Made by a program: the position numbers and the translations under genes. DNA of 64,000 bases. Source: Rhodospirillales bacterium. GTDB lineage: Bacteria > Pseudomonadota > Alphaproteobacteria > Bin95. Position 1 is the stretch's first letter; each line of letters begins with the position of its first letter. Location: positions 32,622 through 96,621 of the forward strand of contig JAYQLI010000038.1 in assembly GCA_038143065.1 (NCBI GenBank). The letters run 5' to 3'. The notes beneath the pieces are model-generated. The model had not been told where the DNA came from, ran no database searches, and saw nothing but the letters and a program-made list of their open reading frames with translations. Below are positions 35,724 through 49,062 of this stretch, in pieces.

Positions 35724-36637
35724 TCAGATCGGGTCCCAGCTGAACACGTCGGCAGAGCGCTCAAGCGGAACTAACGATTGATTGATCGCAGGGAATGCTA
35801 TTTCAATTATCCGTTGGGGCGTCCAGCCTTCTGCAGTGTGCAGTGCGCGCGATGGGCGAGTCTGGCTCATTAGAAAGATTTCATTGTTACGCGATGTGAA
35901 GATCTGTCCTGTAATATGGTTAGCCGCCTCCGTGCTGAGAGAAACTGCCAGAGCGGCAACCTTACTTGGCTTCATTTCTTTAAACTTTTCAAAGCGCTGT
36001 TTTTGCGCTTCGTCGTTAGGCTGAGTGTTCGCTATAAGTCGGCTCCACGCGAATGGAGCAATCGCGTTCGAAGTTACGTTGTAGCGCGCCATATCTAGGG
36101 CGATCGAACGAGATAGGCCGACCATACCTGCTTTGGCCGCGGAATAGTTTGCCTGTCCTACGGCACCGATGATGCCTGCAGTAGACGTCATGAAAACGAA
36201 ACTTCCGGATTGCTGCGCACGGAAATGCGGCGCAGCCGCTCGAGAAACATTAAAGCTACCGTGGAGATGTACGTCGATTACAGCCCGCCAGTCTTCAGTG
36301 GTCATCTTGTGAAGATCGCGTCACGCAGAATGCCTGCATTGTTAACTATAATGTCAATCTGGCCAAAGTCGTTAATTGCTTGCTGGACCATTTCCTCTGC
36401 CTGATTTACGTCCGACACCGATCCTAGATTTGCTGAGGCGTCGCCGCCGGATTCTTTGATTTCCTTGACAACATCAGCTGCTGGCGTGTCACCAGAGCTC
36501 TCGCCCGTCAGTGATTGGCCAAAATCATTTACAACAACTTTTGCACCTTGCTCGGCCATCATCAGGGCTACTCCACGTCCTATGCCCCGTCCAGCGCCAG
36601 TTACTAGTGCAACTTTCCCTTCAAGTAATTTTGCCAT
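35724..36637 (-). CDS. SDR 3-hydroxyacyl-CoA dehydrogenase (MFE-2/HSD17B4 N-domain-like)
   Basis: LVTGAGRGIGR, VVVNDFG, VNNAGILRD, VIDVHLHGSF, GQANYSAAK. Confidence 0.88.
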
Positions 36638-36698
36638 GCGTATTCTCCATACTCGTTAGAAGTAAGTCTAGTGTAGAAATAATAAAAATGTAAATAAA

Positions 36699-36714
36699 AT
36701 TCTATATAGAAAAT
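36699..36714. promoter_or_regulatory. Putative IclR operator (ATTCTATATAGAAAAT)
   Basis: Near-palindrome repeated at 37734, 39904 and 40161, all in promoter regions around the IclR gene. Confidence 0.5.
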
Positions 36715-36829
36715 ACAAATAAAGAGAATATCAATCAAATCAATGCTTGGAGGGTTATTAGGTTAGAATAAATTAGTTATATCAGGCATTATCTGAGGTT
36801 TGCGCGATAATGAGGCCAATCAGAATTAT

Positions 36830-37712
36830 TACATACAGAAAGAATCTGCTTTGTTGTGAGTGTTTCGCCGAGGTACCACGATGCCAAGAAAGCTGGCCCA
36901 AACGGGAATCATGTATCCCACAATTGAATAAAAAACTGGACCCGCCCTGCTAACGGTTAGGGTTCTAAGTGTTGCCCAACTCCCGATAGTATAACCCCCA
37001 GTATTAAGATGGCACCGATCGGTGCGAGATCGGATATTTGGGTCGAGGAAATGACAACTCTTTGGCAGGCTTTAATTGCGCTTATAATTCCTAGTGGAGA
37101 TAATATTGCCCCTAAAGCAAGTGATATGGTGGTTATTTGTAAAGGCGGAATTTGCGGCATTCGTTTTAACATTATGGTGCTAAATGCGTAAAGAGCGCAG
37201 GAGCTAAGTAGGGTAAGCTGGGCTATAAGCGTGATGCCTGGGCTATCTAAAGCAGCGGGTCCAATCAAAATAAGGAGTCCAAAAAATCCAATTGTAAAGC
37301 CGGTCCATTTTCGTTTCGTAATACGCTGATTTAGTATAGGCTTCGCTAGCAGTAAAACAAAAAGTGGGATGATCGAAAAGATTACAGCTGCAAGGCCACT
37401 GACTAAATATTGCTGCGACCATGCGAGTGCTAGTAGAGGTAACACTTGACCGCATAAGCTGAATGCAACTAGCCACGCCCAATCAACGTGATTAAGGCGT
37501 CTTGCTTGGCCTGTAATTAGCAATATTGGTGTAATGGATAGCGCTCCAAAAGACAGGCGCAGAAAGGTGATTTGTAAAGGAGTGAAGGCGCCTAGTGCCA
37601 GTCCATTTAGAAGAAAACTTGACCCCCAGATCAGAGTTAGTATGACGATATTTCGGTAGGCATTGGTATGTGAGCTATCTGGTGTCGTATCGGTCATGCG
37701 CATATCGTACAA
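36830..37712 (-). CDS. DMT/EamA family transporter
   Basis: LIWGSSFL, P..ITFLRL, SQQYLVSGLAAVI, G..IGF.G. Confidence 0.85.
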
Positions 37713-37733
37713 TCAAGAATTATAGAGAAAATT

Positions 37734-37752
37734 ATTTTCCACAATAGAAAAT
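37734..37752. promoter_or_regulatory. Putative IclR operator (ATTTTCCACAATAGAAAAT)
   Basis: Same motif family, upstream of the EamA gene. Confidence 0.45.
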
Positions 37753-37875
37753 AAATTTTTGATTGACAATGTTTTGGCTCGACTTGTCCAAACACGCTTA
37801 GCATTATCTATCTGGATGGCTTATGGGGCTAGCTGTTTAATGCATCTGGTTTGCGCTGAGTTACATGGCGCGCGA

Positions 37876-38653
37876 CTAGCTAGGTGACAGCATCGTGCCG
37901 GTTGCGCGACGAGATAGGTCCACCATCTCTGGTATCAACTGATCAAGGTCCCTTTGTTCGATCTGCTCAGAAATTCCGATGGCGCTAACCGCTAAGATTG
38001 CCTGATCTTCCGCATCTAAAATCGGAACTGCGACAGAGGTGATACCGCGGGTAAAATTACCTTTGTCTATAGCGTATCCACTATCCTTAGTTTTTCGCAC
38101 TTCGCTGTACCAATCTTCGAACAACATGGGGTTTGACTGGCGGATACGGTTGTAACGACGTTCGATGCTGGCTTTTGGTAAATCGCTCCATGCTGCAAAG
38201 CATCTGCCGAAGGCGCCACTGAAGATTGGAAGTCTTTGACCGATGCCACGGGATATGGCTAGTGGAGTGTTCGGTTCTGCGCGGTCCACTACCAGAACCC
38301 TGTCATCGTCGATGACCTGCCAAAGGTTCACCCCAATATTGAACTTCAGTGCAATGCGCTGAAGTTCGGGGTGTAGTAGACGGATATGAGCTTCTCGATC
38401 GAGCGCCCCTTGCGCCAAGGAAAGCACGCCTATTGAAACGTAGTAAGTTTTGGTTGACGGATCGAAACCCACAAGCCTCTCGTGTACAAAGGGTTTTGAG
38501 CAGGTTGAAACATGTTGACGGATTAAGTTTCAAATCCCGTGCAACTTGCGTTACCCCTACGCCTCGTTTCTCGTTAAGAAGGTAGCGTAGCACCGCGATG
38601 CCGTTTATTAGTGCTCCGACCATTTTTCCACTTGTTCCATCACCTGTGTTCAT
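37876..38653 (-). CDS. IclR-family transcriptional regulator
   Basis: GVTQVARDLKLNPSTCFNLLKTL HTH; IGQRLP..GA.GR; GYAID.G....GITSVAVPI. Confidence 0.9.
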
Positions 38654-38864
38654 GGTCGGATCCCGATTTTGTTGATTTGCTCAGTTTCTTATCATAGCAG
38701 TCTAGGTCGTGGAGGCAACAATATCTAGCTGGTGTAGGACTTGACCTCTGAAATTCGGATAGGAAGTTGGATATCACTGCAAGCTTTTGACCATTCCAAG
38801 CCATCTCCCCAGATATAGTATAGTTGGCACATGTGGTGGCGTGATAGTTAGACATTGAGATGCT

Positions 38865-39800
38865 TCAGCGGCAAGCCAGGGCAATGCCATGGCATTTTTG
38901 GCGAAGTTTGCCGGTTGCGCTAAGGGTAACGTATGCCGTGCTTAAGTCATCCCCGCCGAAGCAGATGTTGGTGACGTGGCTGTCTGGCATAGGGATGTGG
39001 CGGAAGTTCTTGCCGTCAGGTGAGGTTACAGTGATGCCACCGTTAAACAATGTGGCAACACAAATATTACCCTCGCCGTCCACGCTAAGTGAGTCGAACC
39101 CTTGGTAGAAACCGTTTGCATCTGGCATGTTTAAAATTACGCGGCCATCTTTACCTTTGACCCGCCCAGTGTCGGATTTTATGATACCAGGAGCTTCGAT
39201 TTCGTACGCCCAAAGGCGACCAGTGTGTGTTTCGGCTACATAGAGCTCGGTTCCGTCGGGGGACAGACCTATGCCGTTAGGGCGGTCCATTGGGAAAATA
39301 CACTCTCTAATTTCAGAGCCGTCGGGCTTAGCATAATAAACGCCTGTAACATCCTTGTGCCGTTCAAATTGAATGCCACAATCAGTAAACCAGAACCCTC
39401 CAGAGCCGTCGAATATAAGGTCATTTGGTGCGCAAAGCGGGTGGCCGTCACACTCAGTATACAAGGTTTCAACTTCCCCTGTGTCTGGGTCGATACGCTG
39501 AATGCATCCCCGTGTACGATTAAGCGCAGGGCCGTCAATATGGTATTCGCCATTGTCTCCCAGCACTACATTAATGCCGCCATTATTACACACAAATAGC
39601 TTACCCTCTGGGCCTACTGCTATTCCGTTTGGGCCACCGCCGGTCTCTGCAATAGTTGACTTTGACCCATCGGGGCCAACTCTAGTCAGTCGACCTGCGC
39701 CGATTTCGACCACTAAAACATCACCATTTGGAAGGGCTACTGGGCCTTCGGGAAAACAAAGGTCCTTCTGTGACGATTTTCGAATTCGGCTAGTGTCATC
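38865..39800 (-). CDS. SMP-30/gluconolactonase/LRE family lactonase
   Basis: FPEGPV, GGGPNG, PNDLIFD..GG.WFTD, PNGIGLSPDG, TNICFGG.DL.TAYVT. Confidence 0.9.
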   Translation of the reverse strand, partial: DDTSRIRKSSQKDLCFPEGPVALPNGDVLVVEIGAGRLTRVGPDGSKSTIAETGGGPNGIAVGPEGKLFVCNNGGINVVLGDNGEYHIDGPALNRTRGCIQRIDPDTGEVETLYTECDGHPLCAPNDLIFDGSGGFWFTDCGIQFERHKDVTGVYYAKPDGSEIRECIFPMDRPNGIGLSPDGTELYVAETHTGRLWAYEIEAPGIIKSDTGRVKGKDGRVILNMPDANGFYQGFDSLSVDGEGNICVATLFNGGITVTSPDGKNFRHIPMPDSHVTNICFGGDDLSTAYVTLSATGKLRQKCHGIALACR

Positions 39801-40160
39801 TGTGTATCTCCTATGGTTGGGGCGATCGCTCACTTACTAGCTTGCGGCCATGACATAGAAATGATGGCTGGGTGCATTCGACGCGTCAACAAAAGAAAAA
39901 CTTATTCGGATAGAAAATAAATGAGCCAACTTTTTCTGAGGCATTTCAGTGTGGTTTGCTTATTCATTTAACATGTTTTAAGGATTATTCAGCAAGCGCT
40001 CGTCTGAATGACACATTATATGTTCACATTTTTTATACGATAAATTTCATAAACAAAGTTTATGGCTGTGTAATAATTGGATTTTACAATTCGCAGCGTT
40101 TCTCATGGCTGGATGAAGACGAATTGAATTAATATCTTGGCAATATTGGAGATATCAATT

Positions 40161-40176
40161 ATTCTACATAGAAAAT
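40161..40176. promoter_or_regulatory. Putative IclR operator (ATTCTACATAGAAAAT)
   Basis: One mismatch to the 36699 copy; upstream of the divergent SDR operon. Confidence 0.5.
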
Positions 40177-40266
40177 AAAATTATTTATTTTGTGTGATTC
40201 GCGATGATGCTGACTCGTAATTGAGATGTGGGTGTATCACGTTTTGAGCCATTAAAGGACAAAGGC

Positions 40267-41042
<776 letters not shown>

Positions 41043-41045
<3 letters not shown>

Positions 41046-42167
41046 CGGGGTCTTTAACTGGTTTAAAAGGTTATTGAAATGGCTGGGATTGGTCCCTGCC
41101 CTTTGGCTGGCCAACTGCTAGCTGATCATGGGGCAGAGGTTTTTGTCATTGATCGCGACAGTGGTGCCACTAACCCTGCCGATGTTGTAAACCGACGCGG
41201 CAAGCACTCAATTGCGCTGAACCTGAAGTCGCCTGAAGGGATCAGTACGATAAAACGTTTAGTTGCCGAGGTCGACGTTCTGATAGAAGGTTATCGCCCT
41301 GGTGTTATGGAACGGCTGGGTCTTGAACCCGATGTTTGTCATGAGATAAATCCCCGACTTATTATCGGGAGGATGACAGGATGGGGTCAAGTGGGGCCGT
41401 TGTCGCTTACGGCTGGTCATGACTTGAACTATCTGGCGGTTACTGGCGCGCTAAGGGCAATGGGACCCGTAGATCAGCCACCGCCACCGCCACTTAATCT
41501 TGTCGCTGATTATGGTGGTGGCACAATGTTTCTACTATTTGGTATTTTGATGGCACTTTACGAGCAGGGTAAAAGTGACAAGGGGCAAGTTGTTGACGCA
41601 GCCATGGTAGATGGCGTATCCGTTATGTAGTGTTTTCATGGGCTGCTGGCTGCAAATCAAATAACGCCGGATCGTGAAGCGAACCTGTTAGATGGAGCAG
41701 CGCCTTTCTATCGCTGTTATGAAACAAAAGATGGCCACTACTTGTCAGTAGGTTGTATAGAGCCACAATTTTTGCCGAATTTTTACGCCTTGCAGGGTTA
41801 CCTGAAGAACACCTCAGTACACAATATGGTGAAAAGACATGGCCACAACTTAGGGCTGATATAAAAAATTTATTTCTTCAAAAAAACCACAAGGAATGGA
41901 TGGAGATTTTTGATGGGACCGACGCTTGTATTGCGCCAGTGTTGGACTGGAATAACGCGGTTGAGCACCCACATAGTTGAACGTGGGATATATGTTGAAG
42001 TTGATGGCGTAATGCAAGCTAATGCAGCGCCCAGGCTTAGCCGAACTCCGGCCGGTGCCCCGAAAGGCTCCGGTAACAAAGGCGCAGATTCCCAAATAAT
42101 TCTTAAGCGGTTTGGTTTTTTAGATTCAGAGATAAGCTCGCTAATCCATACAGGTGCGTTGTTGTAA
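41043..42167 (+). CDS. CaiB/BaiF CoA-transferase family III, alpha-methylacyl-CoA racemase-like
   Basis: [37 protein letters not shown]...[31 protein letters not shown]. Confidence 0.88.
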
Positions 42168-42395
42168 TGGTATTCAATCAACGAATACCAGAGCTCTCAT
42201 TATGAATTGGACATGTGGCAATCATAAGGCGATATATAAAGTTCAGGATGGAGACATCGAAAATAGCAGGCTGTTTTAGACAAAGCAAAGTTGAGAATCC
42301 ATTGCTCGACGCGTTTTGCCGAGAGTTGGTTGTAACAAAATGAAACGCTCCGGTTTGGTTCAATAATCGGTTCATTTTTAAAGGGGGTATGAAAA

Positions 42396-43990
42396 GTGCA
42401 GTTAACTCATTGCCTTAAGCGCGCATTATCAATCAACCCAAATGGCCCAATTTGTGTGAGAGCAGATGGTACACAGCGTAGTTATCGCGAAGGTGTGGAT
42501 CGTATTTCTAGACTAGCTGCGGGCCTCCAATCACTTGGGGTCAAGCAAGGTGAGCGTGTTGGCATCCTTTCGCTGAATAGCGAGTTTTATTTTGAGTCAA
42601 CAATGGCTGCAGTTTGGGCGGGGGCAGTATATGTGCCACTAAATTGGAGGCTTACACCTCGTGAGCTGGCGTTTGTAATGAACGATGCGGGCGTTAGCGT
42701 TATGTTTGTGGATAGCGCCAATTACACCCTTTCGCAAAAGATCAAGCCTAGGCCGAGTCAATGGGTAAAAACAATTCTGATTGGAGATAAAGCGGCTGCA
42801 GGGAACAATGTAGTAGAATATGAGGAGTTGATCCGGTCATCTCAACCGGTTCAGTGCACCGAATGCAACAGTCAAGATCTTGTTTCGCTGAATTTTACAG
42901 CAGGGACCACTAGTCGCTCCAAAGGAGTGATGTTGAGTCATGACAATATGTTCTTTAATGCCGTGAACACGTTGGCCGGTCTGGGAATGACCTCGGAGGT
43001 CGCGGTATCTTCATTCTGGCCCAATGTTCCATCTCGGCGACGGTGCGTCCAGCTTACCGCTGACGCTAGTGGGAGGCGGCCACGCCTATGTACAACGCTT
43101 TGATGTTGCTGATTGTTTGGCAACCATTGAAGCGTGTAAAATCACGCACGCGCAATACGTGCCAACAATGATAAAAATGCTGCTAGACCATCCAGATATT
43201 CATACTCGCGACATGACCAGTCTCGAAAAGGTTTTGTACGGTGCCTCTCCAATTGAAGATGAAGCTTTGCGTCGTGCGATAAATTTGTTGCCTAATACTC
43301 AGTTCATCCACGGCTACGGCATGACAGAAACAGCGGGTATGGGCACTATGTTGCCAGGCAAATATTCAACTTTAGAAGGGGCTGATGCAGCCAAGCGCCG
43401 GTCCTGCGGTCAAACCTGTTTGTTGAGTGACACAAAGATTGTGGACGAGAAAGGCAAGGAATTATTGGCAAATGAGATCGGAGAGATCGTAATGAAGGGT
43501 CCTCAGATCATGATGGGCTATTGGAACTTACCTGAGCAGACCTCTGAAGCACTGAAAGACGGATGGCTGTATTCTGGCGACCTGGGATATATGGATGAAG
43601 ATGGTTTCTTATATATTTCGGGTCGCAAAAAGGACATGATTAAAACCGGTGGTGAAAATGTGTTCGCGGTCGAAATCGAAAATATCATTGCTGAAATTGC
43701 AGGTGTAGTTGAATGCGCAGTCTTTGGCTTGCCTGATCCTAAATGGGACGAAATCATAGCCGCTGTAATTGTGACGCGCACAGGCATGACCGTGACTGAG
43801 GAGGAGGTCGTTAGATTCTGCCGCGAGCACTTGGCACCCCTACAAGTCGCCACGTGTGGTGCATTTCCAAACAGACCCTTTGCCACAAAGTGGAGCGGGC
43901 AAAATCCAAAAACGTGAAATTAAACAATCCCTCCTTGCCAGGATGGCAGTCGAGTAAGCCAGCGCGGGGTCAGAGATAACCTATTGTTAG
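42396..43990 (+). CDS. Long-chain fatty acid--CoA ligase (AMP-forming)
   Basis: FTAGTTSRSKGVMLSH, YGMTET, GWLYSGDLG, RKKDMIKTGGENV. Confidence 0.9.
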
Positions 43991-44005
43991 CGAAGTGGAA
44001 AGCAA

Positions 44006-45158
44006 ATGAAACGTAAACTGTTCGAACCAGAACACCAGCAGTTTCGGGATGGCGTGCGCCGCTTTTTCGAAGCTGAACTCCAGCCGCAATACGAAGCCTG
44101 GGAAGAAGCCGGTGAAGTATCTCGGGAAGCTTGAAGGCCATGGGTGCCCAAGGCTTTTTGTGCACCCAAATACCTGAGGAATATGGTGGCTCTGGTGTAG
44201 ATGAAAGATTTGCCGCTATTTTGATCGAAGAGCAATATCGTTTGGGTATGTGCGGTGCGGGATTCCCGCTGCATTCTGACTTAGTCGCGCCCTACATCGT
44301 GGATTATGGCACTGAAGAACAGAAACGGAGGTGGCTACCGGGAATGGCAACTGGTAATATCATTTCCGCGATTGCGATGACTGAACCTTCGGGTGGATCC
44401 GATCTTAAAGAGCTACGGACGACTGCAAAGCGGAATGGCAAGGGATTTGTACTGAACGGTCAAAAAGACTTTCATTACGAACGGTTACACTGCGGATCTA
44501 GTTATTGTTGCAGCAAAAACCGGATCCAGCCGCTGGCGCGCACGGCATTAGCTTGTTCTTAGTTGACGCGTCTTTGCCGGGCTTCCGACGGGGACGCAAA
44601 CTAGATAAGATTGGACTGAAGGCAGGTGATACAGCCGAGCTGTTCTTTGATGAAATTCAGCTGCCAGAAGATGCGCTTTTGGGCGAAGAGGGTAAAGGCT
44701 TTTATATGCTGATGCATCATCTTGCATGGGAGCGTTTGACGGTAGGGATCAATGCGGTTGCAGTCGCGGAAACCGCTCTGGACTGGACGTTAGAACATGT
44801 CAGCCAGCGAAAGCATTTTGGTGGTACCATTCTTGACTTGCAGAACACCCAATTCCAATTGGTGCGTTGCAAGATGGATATTGAGATGGGGCACGCATTT
44901 ATTGACCGATGTTTGGAAGCTCAGATCGCCGGTGAATTGACTGCGGATGAAGGTGCGATGGCTAAAATTTGGGGAGCTGAGATGCAGGACCGCGTGATCG
45001 ACATCTGCCTGCAGCTTCATGGTGGTTATGGATATATGAGGGAATATCCGATTTCGCGTTTGTGGACTGACAGCCGCTATCAGCGGATTGCAGGGGGTGC
45101 GACCGAAGTCTTGCTTCACGTCATTGGCAAGACCATAAAAGCCGAGATGCGACATTAG
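44006..45158 (+). CDS. Acyl-CoA dehydrogenase (LCAD-like)
   Basis: IAMTEPSGGSDL, DTAELFFD, ERL, CLQLHGGYGYM.EYPI. Confidence 0.9.
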
Positions 45159-45182
45159 CCATCACTGATCGAAAGATAAAGT

Positions 45183-46624
45183 ATGACCAATTCAGTATAT
45201 CCTGATGTAGCCCTTTTCATCGGTAACCGTCGCATCTTGGCAAATGAAAGAGACACGATCGCCTCCATAAACCCGGCCACAGGAGAAGAGCTCGGCAAAA
45301 TTCCTCGGGCGACCTTGAAAGATATCGATGATGCTTTTCGTGCCGCCAATGAAGCCTTTGCCGTGTGGTCCGAGTTGTCGGGCGTGCAGCGGTCTAACTT
45401 CATGATGAGGGTAGCTGAAAATCTGAAAGCACGTGCAGAAGAAATAGCGCACATGATTACGTTAGACTTGGGCAAACCACTCAACAGAATCCCGTACTGA
45501 AGTCAATACCGCAATAGGAATTTGGCAATGGAACGCTGAGGAAGCACGCCGGTTATATGGCCGTGTGATACCTAGCCGTAGTGTTAACTCGCTTCAGTAT
45601 GCAGTTAAGGAACCGCTCGGGCCAATTGCTGGATTTTCGACTTGGAACGCACCTTTGATTACACCATCACGTAAGATTAGCAGTTGTCTGGCTGCTGGGT
45701 GTACAATTGTTGCAAGGTCCGCGTCAGAAACTCCATCGCCGTCGGTTGCGATTCTTGAAGCAATTGTCGAAGCTGCGCTACCTCCAGGGGTCGTGAACCT
45801 ATTGTTCGGTAGCGGTTCGCAGATTTCGGCAAAATTATTAAGCTGCCCAGAAATCAAAGGCATTACATTCACCGGGTCAACAGAGTTGGGACGTCAGTTG
45901 GCTTCGGAAGCGATGCAAAGTATGAAACGTGCGACTATGGAGTTGGGCGGCCATGCACCCGTCTTGGTTTTTGCTGATGTAGACATTGAAGCTGCTGCTA
46001 AGGCTAGCGTGAAAGCAAAGTTCCGTAATGCCGGCCAGGTGTGTACATCGCCAACACGGTTTATTATCGAGAAACCTGCATACGAAGAGTTTGTTGCGCA
46101 TTTTTGTTTCGGAGATGAAAGCGATCCGTTTGGGCAATGGTATGGACCTTGAATCCCAGATGGGGCCATTGGCGCATTCCGGGCGCGTCGCCGAGCTGCG
46201 TGAGCTGACCGAAGACGCGCGTCAGAAGGGGTTTCGTATCGAGATGGGTAACCTCCCAAAAGAGGCTAGCCCAAATTTCTATCCACCGGTTGCAATTATT
46301 GATGCGACACCGGATTGCCGAGCAATGAACCATGAACCGTTTGGTCCAATGGCGCTACTTGCGCCGTTCGATACTATTGATGAGGCACTTTGCGAAGCCA
46401 ATCGTCTGCCGGTTGGTTTGGCGGCCTATTGCTTTACAGAATCAAGCTCCATCACAAACACGACTGCGCGTCGGATACGGGCCGGCAACGTGATTTTCAA
46501 CCAGTTTCAGGCCTCGATGCCCGAAACACCCTTCGGTGGTATTGGAGATAGTGGCTTTGGTTGCGAGGGTGGTTCCGAAGGGATTGACGCTTTTACTGTA
46601 ACAAAATACGTGAGCCGCGGCTGA
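45183..46624 (+). CDS. NAD-dependent aldehyde dehydrogenase (succinate-semialdehyde DH-like)
   Basis: FTGSTELG, MELGGHAP, FRNAGQVCTSPTR, EPFGP, PFGGIGDSG.G.EG. Confidence 0.9.
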
Positions 46625-46708
46625 GCGTAACGCAACGGATATCATGTGTCGGTACGAAATAGTCTAATACTGTTCCGAGATGCTGATGCAGAACTAAGGA
46701 GCTTGAAC

Positions 46709-47489
46709 ATGACTGAATATCTAGGACAAACGCGTCGCGAACTAGAAAATGGCATTGGTGTAGTCACTATGGACTTTCCCGAGCGGCGCAACGCATTGTC
46801 GAAGGGATTGTTGGCCGATCTACGCAGGCACATGGCCGAACTGGCAAATAACCCGGATTGTCGTGTGATCGTGCTGACTGGGGCGGAAGGGCATTTCTGC
46901 GCGGGCGGAGATGTGAAAAAGATGTTGGAGACAAACCACATCAATGGGCCTCAAAAGCTAAAAGATATGCATGAAGTTGTACATGCAATATTTGAGACCA
47001 AGAAGCCCGTTATTGCAGCAGTCGAGGAGCGGCGTCCGGCGGCGGGATGGCATTTGCGGCAGCCTGCGACGTAGTTATTGCGGCGGAAGGATCTCATTTC
47101 AGTGCTGCGTTTACAAAAATTGGGATTATGCAGAGTTTGCCACGTTTATCACGTTACCAATGCGTATGGGAATGGGGCGCGCCAAGCTTTTCTTACTGAC
47201 TGGTGAACGCTTGTCCGGTGAAAAAGCTGTTGAGCAGGGGTTGGCTGACATTCTCGTTCCAACAGGAACTGCATTGGCAAAGGCAGTAGAGCTCGCACAA
47301 ACATTTTCCGAGATGCCTGGACTCGCTTTGGGTATGACAAAATCAGTGATGAACCGCTTCCCAATGACGCTGGACCAGGCGCTAAAATTTGAACTTGAGG
47401 CGCAGGTTAAACTGTTGGTGTCCGATGATCACTATGAGGCCCGTTTGGCTTTCATCGAAAAGCGCAAGCCCGTTTTTAAGGGGCGCTAA
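46709..47489 (+). CDS. Enoyl-CoA hydratase/isomerase family protein
   Basis: PERRNAL, VLTGAEGHFCAGGDV, KPVIAAVE, AFIEKRKPVFKG. Confidence 0.9.
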
Positions 47490-47944
47490 GAATTAATTTA
47501 AATAAAATCCTCGTATTGGTAAGGTTGGCCATTGGGGCACTGTATCCTTGCATGTTTATGTCATAGAGTTCGCCCTGTTCAGAGGGGATAATCATACTGG
47601 ATGAGTGAATATAGCCAGTCGGTCGATAACACCCAAGATCTATCTTACAGGAGTGCGATCGAATGTTGGATTTTTTGTTTGTGGTCTATGTTTCTTAACG
47701 TATGCTGAAATACATCATTTCTCGTCGCCTACAAAAACGATATTGGGTGGCTAAAACGAACCGGGATGTATCATCGTTTTAAGACATCCACAAATATTGT
47801 TGTTTCAGTATTGCCCAAGCTTCGTGTGCGCCAATTATCTTTGTCTTAGGGGAAGTCTGAATTTCCGATATTGATCTGAGTTCATCACTCGTATCAGCCG
47901 TTTTATTGAGAGTGAAGTACTTGTGAGTATTGATGATCGCGGGT

Positions 47945-49054
47945 CTATGCTGCCAACCCTCCTGCGGCAGAAAGCCTGTCCATATGAAAATCTCGGTCAC
48001 CCCAGGCGATTTCCGCCATTGTCAGGCGTTTGAAATAGTGGCTGATCGCATATTCCATTGTCATGCCTACACCGCCGTGCAGTTGAATTGACATTTGACC
48101 GATTTCGCGTGCAGCGTCACATATCTTGATTTTAGCTGCCGAAAGCGCCAAATCGCGTGTTTGGGCATCGGGGACCTCACACATCATACTTGCGTAAATC
48201 GACATCGAACGGACCTGTTCGATCTCTACCACCGCACCGGCCACCATGTGTTGCAACGCCTGAAAAGAACCGATTGTTCGTCCGAACTGTTCGCGGGTTT
48301 TCATGTATTCTACTGTAATCTCAACGGTTGCTTCCATGGCGCCAAGTGCCTCGGCAATGGTGACTGCTAGTGCTTTGGCATGGGCTTTTCCGATTGCGTC
48401 TTTAGCGGTAATTCCGCCTGTCAGACGTTTGGCAGGGGTACTATTAAACGTGATCTCAGCGGCGCGTTTTCCATCCTGTGTCGAATAGCCACGGACTACA
48501 ATACCGGCTGCACCTTTGCGAACAAGGTAAAGTGCGACATCGCCATCAGGCGTGATTGCGGTAACGAATAGCAGATCGGCTTCGGCTCCAAATTGAACCA
48601 TGGTCTTGAAGCCGGTCAGCAAGTCTTGTTTTGAGGCTTGGGTTGCCATGGACACATCTTTGTCATTATTACCTGGTTCAACATGCGCCCAAGCAGTCAA
48701 TGTTCTGCCATCAATTATGCCTTGCGTCGTTTCGCTACGCAGGTCCTCGGAGGCAGCCTCGAGCAAGGCAGGTGCGATGACCATGGCTGTCTGCCAAGGT
48801 TCGTTGACAATCGCACGGCCCATAGCCTCTCCGACAATCATCACATCGATGGATGATCCACCTAGCCCGCCATCTTTTTCGGCAAAAGGCAGAGCAAACA
48901 AGCCGAGTTTAGCAAGGCCACACCAAACATCGCGATCCATACCTTGGGCAAGGGCCATATACCTTTTTCGTGCCTCAAAATCATAATAATCTGCCAGAAA
49001 ACGCTCCAGGCTCTCTGATAGCATACGTTGTTCATCGCTTAATTCGAAATTCAT
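47945..49054 (-). CDS. pimD: Pimeloyl-CoA dehydrogenase small subunit-like acyl-CoA dehydrogenase
   Basis: Intact 369 aa ORF; MNFELSDEQRML..YDFEARKRY, REQFG..IGSFQALQH, SIQLHGGVGMTMEY. Confidence 0.75.
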   Translation of the reverse strand: MNFELSDEQRMLSESLERFLADYYDFEARKRYMALAQGMDRDVWCGLAKLGLFALPFAEKDGGLGGSSIDVMIVGEAMGRAIVNEPWQTAMVIAPALLEAASEDLRSETTQGIIDGRTLTAWAHVEPGNNDKDVSMATQASKQDLLTGFKTMVQFGAEADLLFVTAITPDGDVALYLVRKGAAGIVVRGYSTQDGKRAAEITFNSTPAKRLTGGITAKDAIGKAHAKALAVTIAEALGAMEATVEITVEYMKTREQFGRTIGSFQALQHMVAGAVVEIEQVRSMSIYASMMCEVPDAQTRDLALSAAKIKICDAAREIGQMSIQLHGGVGMTMEYAISHYFKRLTMAEIAWGDRDFHMDRLSAAGGLAA

Positions 49055-49062
49055 GTGACTCT

